A stretch of DNA of 27,956 bases from a virus. Taxonomy: Duplodnaviria > Caudoviricetes. The position numbers were made by a program, and so were the translations under genes. Below are positions 7,999 to 15,947 of the stretch, one piece after another. Location of the stretch: IMG/VR virus record IMGVR_UViG_3300044580_000255, positions 1-27,956 of that record, one strand, 5' to 3'. How positions within the stretch are numbered: position 1 is the first letter of the stretch; each line of letters begins with the position of its first letter. The notes beneath the pieces were generated by a model. That model ran no database searches. It worked only from the letters and a program-made list of their open reading frames with translations, and was not told the origin of the DNA.

Positions 7999-8304
7999 AT
8001 GGAAGATATAGTAATGAAGATCCTTTTTTTGTTGTTTGGTCTTTATGCGGGGGTGATGAGCTGGCTGTTTAAGATGGCGTGGGATGATGTGCAACGGCTG
8101 AAGCAGGAATTAAACGAACTGTGGAGTGGTTGTGCAAAGTGCCAGACGGGGACATTGGAGAGCATTCGGGAGCTAATAGACGAGCGATTTGACAAATTTA
8201 TGATAACGGTGGAACAGAAGATAGAGCAGGGCTTCACAAAAATAGAACTTACCTGGGTTAATGATGGGCGAATAAGCCCCAAGAAGCAAAAGAAGGAAGG
8301 ATGA
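7999..8304 (+). CDS. Small single-pass membrane protein (holin-like)
   Basis: GAGGAG RBS, an N-terminal TM segment (ILFLLFGLYAGVMSWLF), a coiled coil and a basic C-terminus. Confidence 0.55.
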   Translation: MEDIVMKILFLLFGLYAGVMSWLFKMAWDDVQRLKQELNELWSGCAKCQTGTLESIRELIDERFDKFMITVEQKIEQGFTKIELTWVNDGRISPKKQKKEG

Positions 8305-8600
8305 AAGCCAAGACATTGCAGGCCTTTGAGAAAGATAGCATCTGGTTGAAGATAGCGGTATATGATGAAAGGGGCAAGGCATTTGATTTGGTTGAGAACG
8401 GAATAAGAGAAGCAAAATTTGAAGTGCCAGCCCTGGGAATAGATGTGATTGGAGAGATGAAGGAGAATGTGGTGTGTTTTAAGGTTGGATCTGATATAAC
8501 AGAACAGGGCAGCTATCCCTATTTTGTGGAATTGATAGGCGACAGGATAAAATTTACTGTGGCATACGGTATGCTGCAGGTGATGAGTAAAGAGATATGA
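8301..8600 (+). CDS. Small beta-sandwich virion protein (BppU N-terminal-like)
   Basis: Pattern DS..L.I.V.D..G..FDL....GSYPY.VEL......TVA.G.L.V. The gene is coupled to both neighbours. Confidence 0.5.
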   Translation: MKAKTLQAFEKDSIWLKIAVYDERGKAFDLVENGIREAKFEVPALGIDVIGEMKENVVCFKVGSDITEQGSYPYFVELIGDRIKFTVAYGMLQVMSKEI

Positions 8601-8782
8601 GCATTATAGAAATACGCGTGGTAATTCACCAGCAGATAACAGGAAACATAGGCAGGTATCTGCGCGGCATAGCGCTCAATGCGGGGTTACAACGGACAGA
8701 GGGTAAAGGATTGGATATCAGGATAGCCAAAGAGAGCGGATATATAATAGCGGACGCCAGTGGCGTGAGTGGAAGCTGCTAA
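8597..8782 (+). CDS. Hypothetical protein (61 aa)
   Basis: ATGA overlap with the upstream gene and TAATG overlap downstream. Confidence 0.45.
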   Translation: MSIIEIRVVIHQQITGNIGRYLRGIALNAGLQRTEGKGLDIRIAKESGYIIADASGVSGSC

Positions 8783-8876
8783 TGGAACAATTCATCCAGA
8801 CAGAAGAAAGCATTGGTGGAGATAGCGGCTACGCTGCTGGCGCTTCCTTTTGCAGGAGAGGCACCAAGCTGGATAA
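8782..8876 (+). pseudogene. Decayed copy of the terminase large subunit 5' end
   Basis: Aligns to 12600..12697, including an exact 17-mer GCTTCCTTTTGCAGGAG (8842..8858 = 12665..12681). It is frameshifted after codon 6. Confidence 0.8.
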
Positions 8877-8958
8877 TCGGTGGAACAAAAGGAAATGCGT
8901 ATAGAATGACGGCAGATTGCCGTCAAAACGAACTAAACGAGAATCTTAGGAGGATATA

Positions 8959-9249
8959 ATGGACCAAACTTTAGCTACACGGAGCATCGCGAAGAAGACA
9001 CTCCAATCAATACCGGATCAAGGGCTCCCTTATGGAGCAGATACTCAACTGGAAGGAACTTTCGGTGCGATTACTATATTTCATGCTGATTTTCCCGACG
9101 ATGATAACTCTTTTGAGATCAATGGCGAGGGAGTGAATCTTAGTATTCTGAACGGCATAGTACCGGATGGGTTCACTTACATAAGCCATTTTACGAAGAT
9201 CACTATCCCTGACGAATCGGAAATGGTATTGATAGTGTACGGGTTTTAA
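8959..9249 (+). CDS. Small beta-rich protein, first gene of the DGR cassette (possible spike/fibre base)
   Basis: Strong AGGAGG RBS; the gene ends 1 bp before the target gene. Confidence 0.7.
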   Translation: MDQTLATRSIAKKTLQSIPDQGLPYGADTQLEGTFGAITIFHADFPDDDNSFEINGEGVNLSILNGIVPDGFTYISHFTKITIPDESEMVLIVYGF

Positions 9250-9250
9250 T

Positions 9251-10723
9251 ATGCGGCTGAGGCATGAATTGCGGTTAGGTAGGGAGGGGAATTATCCTCA
9301 GCCATACGGAGTTAGGTTCAACTTTTCGCTACCTGTGACAGGTGAGGCAGGTAAATATTACCGGCTGGGCTCACTATCGGCATACAATGACGGAAATGGT
9401 GCCTTGCAGTGGAATCCTGAAATAGGGGCAAAATGCAAGATACAGCAGAGAATGCGTAGATGTGTGATGCCTGACATCATTGCTGATCCCATGAATCCGC
9501 AAAAAAGCGTAGCATATTACCTTTCACCATTGGATAGTACAAAAAAAGCAGATGGAACGAATGCAGATCTCACTGGTGGTGATGGACAAATAATGGTGGA
9601 GATACCAAAATTCTATCAGAAAATAGTTTTTGATGGTGCAGATACAATGGAATGGTGGATATCTGATTATAAATTAACTGGCTATACTGTTCATCCGGCA
9701 TTCATAAAAAGCATTGGGGGTGTATTGGTGGAAGTACCATACCGCTATATTGGTGCATATATGGGGGCATTACAGGATCAAAATGGAGTATATCAGGACT
9801 ATTATGATGTCAATCCGGAAGCGGTAGGATACCCGCATATTAGGACAATTACCACAGAGCGTCAACTACAAAATGCTACCAACCCGAAATTAGCATCTGT
9901 GAAAGGTAAAATACCAGTAGCACAGGGAACAAGAGCAAAATTCAGAGAAGCAGCGAGGAGAAGAGACGGCAATACTGACGATTCAACATGGCGATTGACA
10001 GATTGGAGTTTATGGAGTGCTATTCAATTACTCTTTTTAGTGGAATATGCATCATTTAACAGCCAAAGAGCATTGGTGGGCAATGATACTGGTGGTCTGA
10101 GCAATATAGCGTCAGGAACTTGGTCGTCATCGGTTTCCGGTGGTAGCTCTACATATTTACCTATTGTGCCTACTGGAGGGACTGAATCGCTGGGCAATTG
10201 TAGCGGAGCGATACCATTGGCTGAGCTATATGGTGACGGGAACGGACTACCAGTATATACCGGTTCTCAAAACTCATTCTGGACAGATAGCATACCCTGC
10301 TATAGAGGCATAGAATCGCCTTATGGAAATATCTGGCAATGGTTGGACGGAATTATTTTGGATTTTGCAACAACCAATAGGATGAACGCATATATATCAG
10401 CGGGTAATTATGTGGACGATAATCCTACGATTAACTACCGCAAATTCATAGCGCATAATGGAAATGATAATGTTCCGGGAAATACATATCCATCCAGAAT
10501 TCATGAAGAAGCCGCATTAGATGGGTTTTATGCAAGGGTGGGTGGCGGTAGCACGATTACAGGACTCACGGATTATTACTATAATACGGGAAGCGCTGGT
10601 AAGCGGGTGGTCGCGGTGGGCGGTATTTCGACTAACGGTGGAGGTGCTGGCGTTTTCTACGTGACTGCGGATAGCGGCTCCGGTACCCGTAATACGCGCA
10701 TTGGCGGGCGGCTCTGCTTATGA
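9251..10723 (+). CDS. DGR target protein: phage fibre/adhesin with a C-terminal C-type-lectin-fold variable domain
   Basis: Motifs DGQIMVEIPKFY, YRGIESPYGNIWQWLDG (GNxWEW-like) and terminal GGRLCL. The last 39 codons are the VR. Confidence 0.92.
   Translation: MRLRHELRLGREGNYPQPYGVRFNFSLPVTGEAGKYYRLGSLSAYNDGNGALQWNPEIGAKCKIQQRMRRCVMPDIIADPMNPQKSVAYYLSPLDSTKKADGTNADLTGGDGQIMVEIPKFYQKIVFDGADTMEWWISDYKLTGYTVHPAFIKSIGGVLVEVPYRYIGAYMGALQDQNGVYQDYYDVNPEAVGYPHIRTITTERQLQNATNPKLASVKGKIPVAQGTRAKFREAARRRDGNTDDSTWRLTDWSLWSAIQLLFLVEYASFNSQRALVGNDTGGLSNIASGTWSSSVSGGSSTYLPIVPTGGTESLGNCSGAIPLAELYGDGNGLPVYTGSQNSFWTDSIPCYRGIESPYGNIWQWLDGIILDFATTNRMNAYISAGNYVDDNPTINYRKFIAHNGNDNVPGNTYPSRIHEEAALDGFYARVGGGSTITGLTDYYYNTGSAGKRVVAVGGISTNGGGAGVFYVTADSGSGTRNTRIGGRLCL
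10603..10720 (+). repeat. DGR variable repeat (VR)
   Basis: 118-bp ungapped match to 10776..10893 with 15 mismatches, all opposite TR adenines. Confidence 0.97.
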
Positions 10724-10762
10724 AAATTGTTAATAATACTAATAAAATAACACCTATGATTC

Positions 10763-10984
10763 GGTGGTTGGCCATGCGGGTAGTCGCGGTGGGCGGTAAT
10801 TCGAATAACGGTGGAAATGCTGGCGTTTTCTACGTGAATGCGAATAACGGCTCCGGTAACCGTAATACGAACATTGGCAGGCAGCTAAGCTTATTTTTAT
10901 TCAGACTGACACCAATCACCATGCCTCTTGGCAAAATACAAAGCAAGCCCAAGGTGTTGGTAGCAATATGCGAAGGCTCCGGGC
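10763..10984 (+). ncRNA. Putative DGR template RNA (TR plus structured flanks)
   Basis: GGTGGTTGG (10763..10771) can pair with CCAATCACC (10912..10920). There is a hairpin TGCC-TCTT-GGCA (10922..10933) and a stem GCCC..GGGC (10947..10984). Confidence 0.6.
10776..10893 (+). repeat. DGR template repeat (TR)
   Basis: Adenine-rich copy of the VR with 30 A and 10 AAY codons in the VR frame, directly upstream of the RT. Confidence 0.97.
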
Positions 10985-10996
10985 GGTAATAAGCAG

Positions 10997-12052
10997 ATGA
11001 AACGAATAGGAATGTTATTTAATCGGATTGTTGACGAGCAAAATATATCAATGGCGCACCAGAACGCAAGGAAAGGCAAGATATGGTATAAAGAGGTAAG
11101 AGCAGTTGATAAAGACACAAAGCAGTATATCCACAAGTTGATGGAAACTCTTATTTCGGGCGAGTATAAAACCTCGCAATATAAGATATTTGAGCGCAAC
11201 TGCGGAGGCAAGGTAAGGACAATCTATAAACTGCCTTATTATCCTGATAGAATTGTGCATCATGCTATTCTTCAGGTTATTTTACCCTATCTGATAAAAA
11301 ACCTAATTGCGGACACATATGCTTGCATCCCAGGTAGAGGCATTCATAAGTGTGCTAAGAAATTAGCCGAGGTTCTTCGCAATGACCGCAAGTTGAAATA
11401 TTGCTTAAAGATGGATATTAGTAAGTTTTATCCAAGCATCGATCATGAGATAATGAAACGTGCAATACGGCGTATAATTAAGTGTAAAAGAACCTTAGAT
11501 CTTCTTGATGAGATAATTGATAGCGCAAATACTGGAATGCCTATTGGCAATTATCTTTCTCAACACTTGGCCAATTTATATCTTAGTGGTTTTGATCATT
11601 GGATAAAAGAAGTAAAAGGCGTAAAACATTATTTCAGGTATTCAGATGATTTGGTAATTATTGAGGATAATAAGCAAAGTCTTCATAGTTTGCGCATGGA
11701 AATATGTGAATATCTATCAAGAGAGCTTAAATTAAGTGTTAAGGATAATTGGCAGGTGTTTCCAATCGAATCTAGGGGAATAGATTTCCTGGGGTATCGG
11801 TTTTATCCTAATTATACATTGCTGCGAAAGTCAATTGCTCTGAAATTTAAGCGGAAAATGCGTAAGCTTAGCAAAGTAGATACTAAACATCAATCTGCAT
11901 TGAGCAGTATTGTGAGCTACTATGGATGGCTATGTCACGCGAATACGCTTAATCTACGGAGAAAGTTCATTACGGACGAGATTATAGACATTGTAAACAC
12001 AGCAAGTGAAGAATTGAAATGCAAAAGCCCAATCAGGAAGATGGTAATATGA
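10997..12052 (+). CDS. DGR reverse transcriptase
   Basis: Motifs GKVRTI, DRIVHHA, YCLKMDISKFYPSIDH, the DGR-typical GMPIGNYLSQ, catalytic RYSDD and GIDFLGY. At 351 aa it has no maturase or endonuclease extension. Confidence 0.96.
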   Translation: MKRIGMLFNRIVDEQNISMAHQNARKGKIWYKEVRAVDKDTKQYIHKLMETLISGEYKTSQYKIFERNCGGKVRTIYKLPYYPDRIVHHAILQVILPYLIKNLIADTYACIPGRGIHKCAKKLAEVLRNDRKLKYCLKMDISKFYPSIDHEIMKRAIRRIIKCKRTLDLLDEIIDSANTGMPIGNYLSQHLANLYLSGFDHWIKEVKGVKHYFRYSDDLVIIEDNKQSLHSLRMEICEYLSRELKLSVKDNWQVFPIESRGIDFLGYRFYPNYTLLRKSIALKFKRKMRKLSKVDTKHQSALSSIVSYYGWLCHANTLNLRRKFITDEIIDIVNTASEELKCKSPIRKMVI

Positions 12053-12342
12053 AACGGTTTAGCGACTTTGCTGAAGAACCACGGCCATTAGAGGGAGATA
12101 AAATAGCCATAGACAGCATATTAAACAAAGAGTTGATTATTACCGGGCATAAGATTGGTAAAACCAAGTATGTGCGAGGCGACTCGGATAAATGCCTTAC
12201 GATTGAAGTTGAGATTGATGGAATAAAAAGAGTGGTGTTTACTGGCAGCAGAGTTTTAATAGATCAGATGGAAAAGTATGGCTGTTATGTACCGTTCGTG
12301 GCAGAAATAGTTAAAATCAATAAGTATTATAGATTCAAATGA
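12049..12342 (+). CDS. Small beta-rich protein coupled to the RT, candidate DGR accessory protein
   Basis: ATGA overlap with the RT stop; 97 aa (MKRFSDF..GDKIAIDSILNKELII..VFTGSRVLIDQ..PF). It is not a four-helix Avd. Confidence 0.75.
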   Translation: MKRFSDFAEEPRPLEGDKIAIDSILNKELIITGHKIGKTKYVRGDSDKCLTIEVEIDGIKRVVFTGSRVLIDQMEKYGCYVPFVAEIVKINKYYRFK

Positions 12343-12349
12343 GGATTAA

Positions 12350-12607
12350 ATGAAAGCAACAGGTAGCACTATTCCACTAAGGGATTTCCAGTATAGCAGA
12401 TATCGCTATATAACATGGGATGCAGAAGAAAAAACAGATGAAGAGGGAAATTCTATAGTTGAGTTTAATTATGCAGAGGCAGAGAGAGATTGTTCAGATG
12501 AACAAATGCGAGCAGCCATATTAGTGGAATTGGCAAAGACCGGCGAAGAAAATCGGATTGATGAGATAATGAACATAGATAATGAAGGGTGTGATATAGA
12601 TGGCTAA
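12350..12607 (+). CDS. Acidic hypothetical protein at the end of the DGR cassette
   Basis: GAGG RBS, 85 aa, overlaps the terL start. Confidence 0.65.
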   Translation: MKATGSTIPLRDFQYSRYRYITWDAEEKTDEEGNSIVEFNYAEAERDCSDEQMRAAILVELAKTGEENRIDEIMNIDNEGCDIDG

Positions 12608-14150
12608 GTTCATCCGCAGCCAGAACAAAGCACTGCAAGAGATTGCAGCGAAGACGCCGCAGGTGCTTCCTTTTGCAGGAGGGACACCGCGGGATAAAGA
12701 AGAGCGAATCAAGCGGTCTACTGGAGAGGGATGGGAAGCGTTTGAGTATTTTTGCAAGACCTATTTTCCCCATGTATTTACGAAGCCGTTTGCGGAGCAA
12801 CACCGGGAGATGTTTGAGGAGACGGAGGCAGCCAGCGGAGTGATCGGGATCACAGGATTCAGAGGGCTGGGAAAGACAGTTATGATGGGGGTGGTGTATC
12901 CACTATGGAAGATTGTGAAGGGATGCCAGTATGTGATTCACACTGCAGCAGATATTGATTTAGCCTGTGAGCGGACGGCATTTACGCTGAATGAGCTGAA
13001 GGAGAACAGAAGATTAGTAATGGACTTTCCAGAGCTGGAGGTGATAGAGGGAGAGAAGGATAATTTTTATTTAAAGAATAGGTGCCGGATTAGGGCAAGA
13101 AGTATAAAGCAGAGCCATAGAGGAACCATCAATCCCAAAACAGCTAAGAGGCCTGGGCTGATTGTCTGCGATGACATTGATAAAGAAGAGAATGTGGGCA
13201 GTCAGACGATTGGAAGGCGGAAGATGGACAAGATAACGCAGGAATTGGCAGGGGCATTGGATCCGGCGAAACCGGGGAAGGTGATTTGGCTGGGGAATTT
13301 GGTGCATCCGAATTATGGGATTTGCCAGTTTATGGAGCTCATAATAGGCGAAATAAAAGCCGATAATCCGGAGATAGAGATTGGATATCAAAAAATAATA
13401 AAGACGAGTCAGAGGGCACTTTTGCGTTATTCATTGGAAGATTCTGAGGGCAGAAGCACTTGGCCGGAGCAATATCCGGATGAGATACTGCAGGAATTGC
13501 GGAAGCGGTATGGGCTTGCGGGTTATCAGAGAGAGATGTTGGGACAGCCGGTGATTGAGGGGAATATCTTTAAGAATGAGTGGTTTAAGCGTTACAAAGT
13601 GCTTCCGGAGCCCAGCAAGATCAAGCGTGTTTGGTTATATGCGGATCCTGCCTGGGGAGAGAAGGGATGCTATAAGGCAATCATCTCCATTGGTTATGAT
13701 GGCAGTTGCTTTTATGTAATTCATGCGTGGATTCGTCAGACGGAGAACACGAAGTTCTTCAGGTATTATTACGATGCTTACCAGGAGTTGGATAGAACAT
13801 ATCGGGTGAAAGCGAGGGCGGCTTGTGAAACGACTTACGGGCAGGGTCGCATCCTGGCAGACTTTGACAGATGGGCAACAGACAATCATCTGCCACCGAT
13901 ATCGCACAGGATAAAGAAGATTGATAATAAAGAGAATAAGAACCTGCGTATTGAACGCACGGAGACACTTATAGAGACGGCAAAGGTGTTGTTTCCAGAG
14001 GGGCAGGATATGCCGACGCTGTTGAGCCAGTTTCTAACATATCCGGATGGGTATGTAGATGGACCTGATGCGCTGGCGGGATGTCTGGAACGCTTCTCCG
14101 AATACGATATTGGCAGGAATAGAGTGAAAGTGCGGAGGATGAGCTGGTGA
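12600..14150 (+). CDS. terL: Terminase large subunit
   Basis: Walker A-like GFRGLGKT, Walker B LIVCDDID, and nuclease motifs YADPA and DGPDA. Confidence 0.9.
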   Translation: MAKFIRSQNKALQEIAAKTPQVLPFAGGTPRDKEERIKRSTGEGWEAFEYFCKTYFPHVFTKPFAEQHREMFEETEAASGVIGITGFRGLGKTVMMGVVYPLWKIVKGCQYVIHTAADIDLACERTAFTLNELKENRRLVMDFPELEVIEGEKDNFYLKNRCRIRARSIKQSHRGTINPKTAKRPGLIVCDDIDKEENVGSQTIGRRKMDKITQELAGALDPAKPGKVIWLGNLVHPNYGICQFMELIIGEIKADNPEIEIGYQKIIKTSQRALLRYSLEDSEGRSTWPEQYPDEILQELRKRYGLAGYQREMLGQPVIEGNIFKNEWFKRYKVLPEPSKIKRVWLYADPAWGEKGCYKAIISIGYDGSCFYVIHAWIRQTENTKFFRYYYDAYQELDRTYRVKARAACETTYGQGRILADFDRWATDNHLPPISHRIKKIDNKENKNLRIERTETLIETAKVLFPEGQDMPTLLSQFLTYPDGYVDGPDALAGCLERFSEYDIGRNRVKVRRMSW

Positions 14151-15025
14151 GTTATTTTGACCGGATGATGCTGGATTATTACCTGGTTCTGAATAATGCC
14201 TGGAAAAAAGAGATAAAAGAGGCAGCAAGAGCGGCGATCGGGATGCTTACTGAGATGCCGAAAGCGGAGCGGGTGGATAAGCACAAGGTGGACTTACTAT
14301 TAGAGGTGATAAACCAGAATTTGGGAGATGATTTTATGATGGCAGTGAGCTCTGAAACGAAGGCATTTTTGGAGCGTAGTTTGCAGCTTGGCATCCAGGA
14401 TGTTAAAACAAGAGCCAAGGCAAGGATAAGCATCGGGCTATGGGGAATTGAGGACCAGGCATTGGTGGCACAAGTTCAGAAGCAGAATTTATTTTGGATA
14501 GGACAGCATTTTGGAGCGGATATCAGCGATGACTTCCGGGAGACATTAACAAAGGCGATTGAGCAGGGATGGACCAAAGAGATGCTGGCAGAGGCGTTGA
14601 GAGAGAGTTTTAGAGATTTGGGGGAGAAGGGAGCGTTTTACTGGCAGGGATTAGCGGAGCATACGGCTCTGCGGATAAGGGAATTTGGGCGGCTATCAGG
14701 ATATGAGAAAGCGGGGGCAAAGGGCTACAGATTAGTGAATCCGATGGATAACAGGACGAGTGAGATTTGTTGGGCTTTGGTGAGCCAAAACAAGGTTTAT
14801 CCGGTGGATGTTGCTTTGGAAGTGAGAGATAACTTGCTGGCTATAGATGTGAATAAAGAAGGGCTGGAAGAGGCGAGGGAGCAGATTAAGGCGATAGCAC
14901 CTTGGGTGAAAGAGAGCCAGATAGAGAGAGACAAGGAAGGCAATCCGGTGGGAGTGAGCGGGGGGCATACGCCTTTTCCACCTTTTCATTGGAAATGCCG
15001 GACACAGACGGAGATAGTAATATGA
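14147..15025 (+). CDS. Head morphogenesis protein (Mu gpF / SPP1 gp7 family)
   Basis: Motifs D.RTSEIC..L and C-terminal PPFHWKCRT. Confidence 0.85.
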   Translation: MSYFDRMMLDYYLVLNNAWKKEIKEAARAAIGMLTEMPKAERVDKHKVDLLLEVINQNLGDDFMMAVSSETKAFLERSLQLGIQDVKTRAKARISIGLWGIEDQALVAQVQKQNLFWIGQHFGADISDDFRETLTKAIEQGWTKEMLAEALRESFRDLGEKGAFYWQGLAEHTALRIREFGRLSGYEKAGAKGYRLVNPMDNRTSEICWALVSQNKVYPVDVALEVRDNLLAIDVNKEGLEEAREQIKAIAPWVKESQIERDKEGNPVGVSGGHTPFPPFHWKCRTQTEIVI

Positions 15026-15480
15026 AAGCGATACCTGTGGAAGTGAAGGATGTGATCACGATATTGAATCTACCGGGAGATTTGGCGGGGAATCCGATCT
15101 TTGGAGAGCATGAGCCATTGGTGATGCGGCACTTATCTGAAATCACAATGCAAGAATATTACGAAGAAGCAGTGACAAAAGATCTGGAGGCGGGTGACGC
15201 TCTGTATGTGGCGTTCCGATATGGATACGCATTTTTGCTGTTGGAGAGCATAGCGGAATTCCTGAACCTAAAGACCCTGGGCGAGGGAATCGTGAAGAGC
15301 ATCGGGCTGGATTCCTCTGCCACAGAACTGCTGACTGGGGCGGAGATAGAGGAATTTAAGGCGAAGCTGGAATTGAGGGCGTTAATGCTTTTGAAAGGGT
15401 ATTTAAACGAAGAAGGGCTGGCCAGATTGGACGAGTTGAAGCCAAGACCTGCCAGGTTGATGCGGGTTGGAGTGATCTGA
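15022..15480 (+). CDS. Probable head-tail connector/adaptor protein
   Basis: ATGA-coupled start at 15022 and a helical 152-aa product. The assignment is positional. Confidence 0.5.
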   Translation: MKAIPVEVKDVITILNLPGDLAGNPIFGEHEPLVMRHLSEITMQEYYEEAVTKDLEAGDALYVAFRYGYAFLLLESIAEFLNLKTLGEGIVKSIGLDSSATELLTGAEIEEFKAKLELRALMLLKGYLNEEGLARLDELKPRPARLMRVGVI

Positions 15481-15947
15481 TGGATGAGCTGATGACTGAG
15501 ATCTACCGGGCAATTTACAATGCTTTGGAGGGGAAGCTGCATCTGATCGGGAGCGTGATAGACCGGGATGCCCGGCGGGAGATATTGGAGCAACAGATAT
15601 ATGATAAGGGAGATTTTTATACGAATGCCGGTTACATTGTGGAAAACAGGGCAGACGGATTAAGCTTAAGGGTTGGCAGTAATGTGAAGCATGAGCCGTA
15701 TGTGTTAGGCGGGAAAGAACCGAGTTGGACACCGATTAAGCCGCTGATCGGTTGGGTGGAGCGTAAAGGACTATCCTGGGTGGATAAGAAGAGCGGTAAG
15801 CAACTGAAGGTGGAGCAGATGGCGTATATGATTAGGAGCAAGATTAAACGCGAGGGTATTGCAGGCAGGAATGTTTATGAGACAGTGATACAAAATCAGG
15901 AAGCATGGATATTTGAGCAATTGAACAGCATTGAGGTGAGAATATGA
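15480..15947 (+). CDS. HK97 gp10-like neck/tail-completion protein
   Basis: Motifs DKG.F, VGSNVKH..YV..G, P..PL..WV.RKG and AYMI..KI.REG...R. Confidence 0.7.
   Translation: MDELMTEIYRAIYNALEGKLHLIGSVIDRDARREILEQQIYDKGDFYTNAGYIVENRADGLSLRVGSNVKHEPYVLGGKEPSWTPIKPLIGWVERKGLSWVDKKSGKQLKVEQMAYMIRSKIKREGIAGRNVYETVIQNQEAWIFEQLNSIEVRI

Larger units (their letters stand above)
9251..12342 (+). mobile_element. Diversity-generating retroelement (target/VR - TR - RT - small ORF)
   Basis: VR/TR pair with adenine-only mismatches next to a DGR-type RT. Confidence 0.96.

Noticed and set aside
8907-8925. Hairpin TGACGGCA-GAT-TGCCGTCA as the DGR target-recognition hairpin
   Set aside because: The 8-bp stem is real, but it lies about 1.7 kb upstream of the VR rather than just downstream. 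It may be regulatory or mark the cassette edge, and no function can be supported.
10997-12052. Group II intron, retron or Abi-type RT
   Set aside because: The short length, the IGNYLSQ motif and the adjacent adenine-specific TR/VR pair identify a DGR RT.
14902-15021. N-terminal 40 aa of the 14902..15480 ORF
   Set aside because: It overlaps the gpF-like gene. The ATGA-coupled start at 15022 is more plausible.
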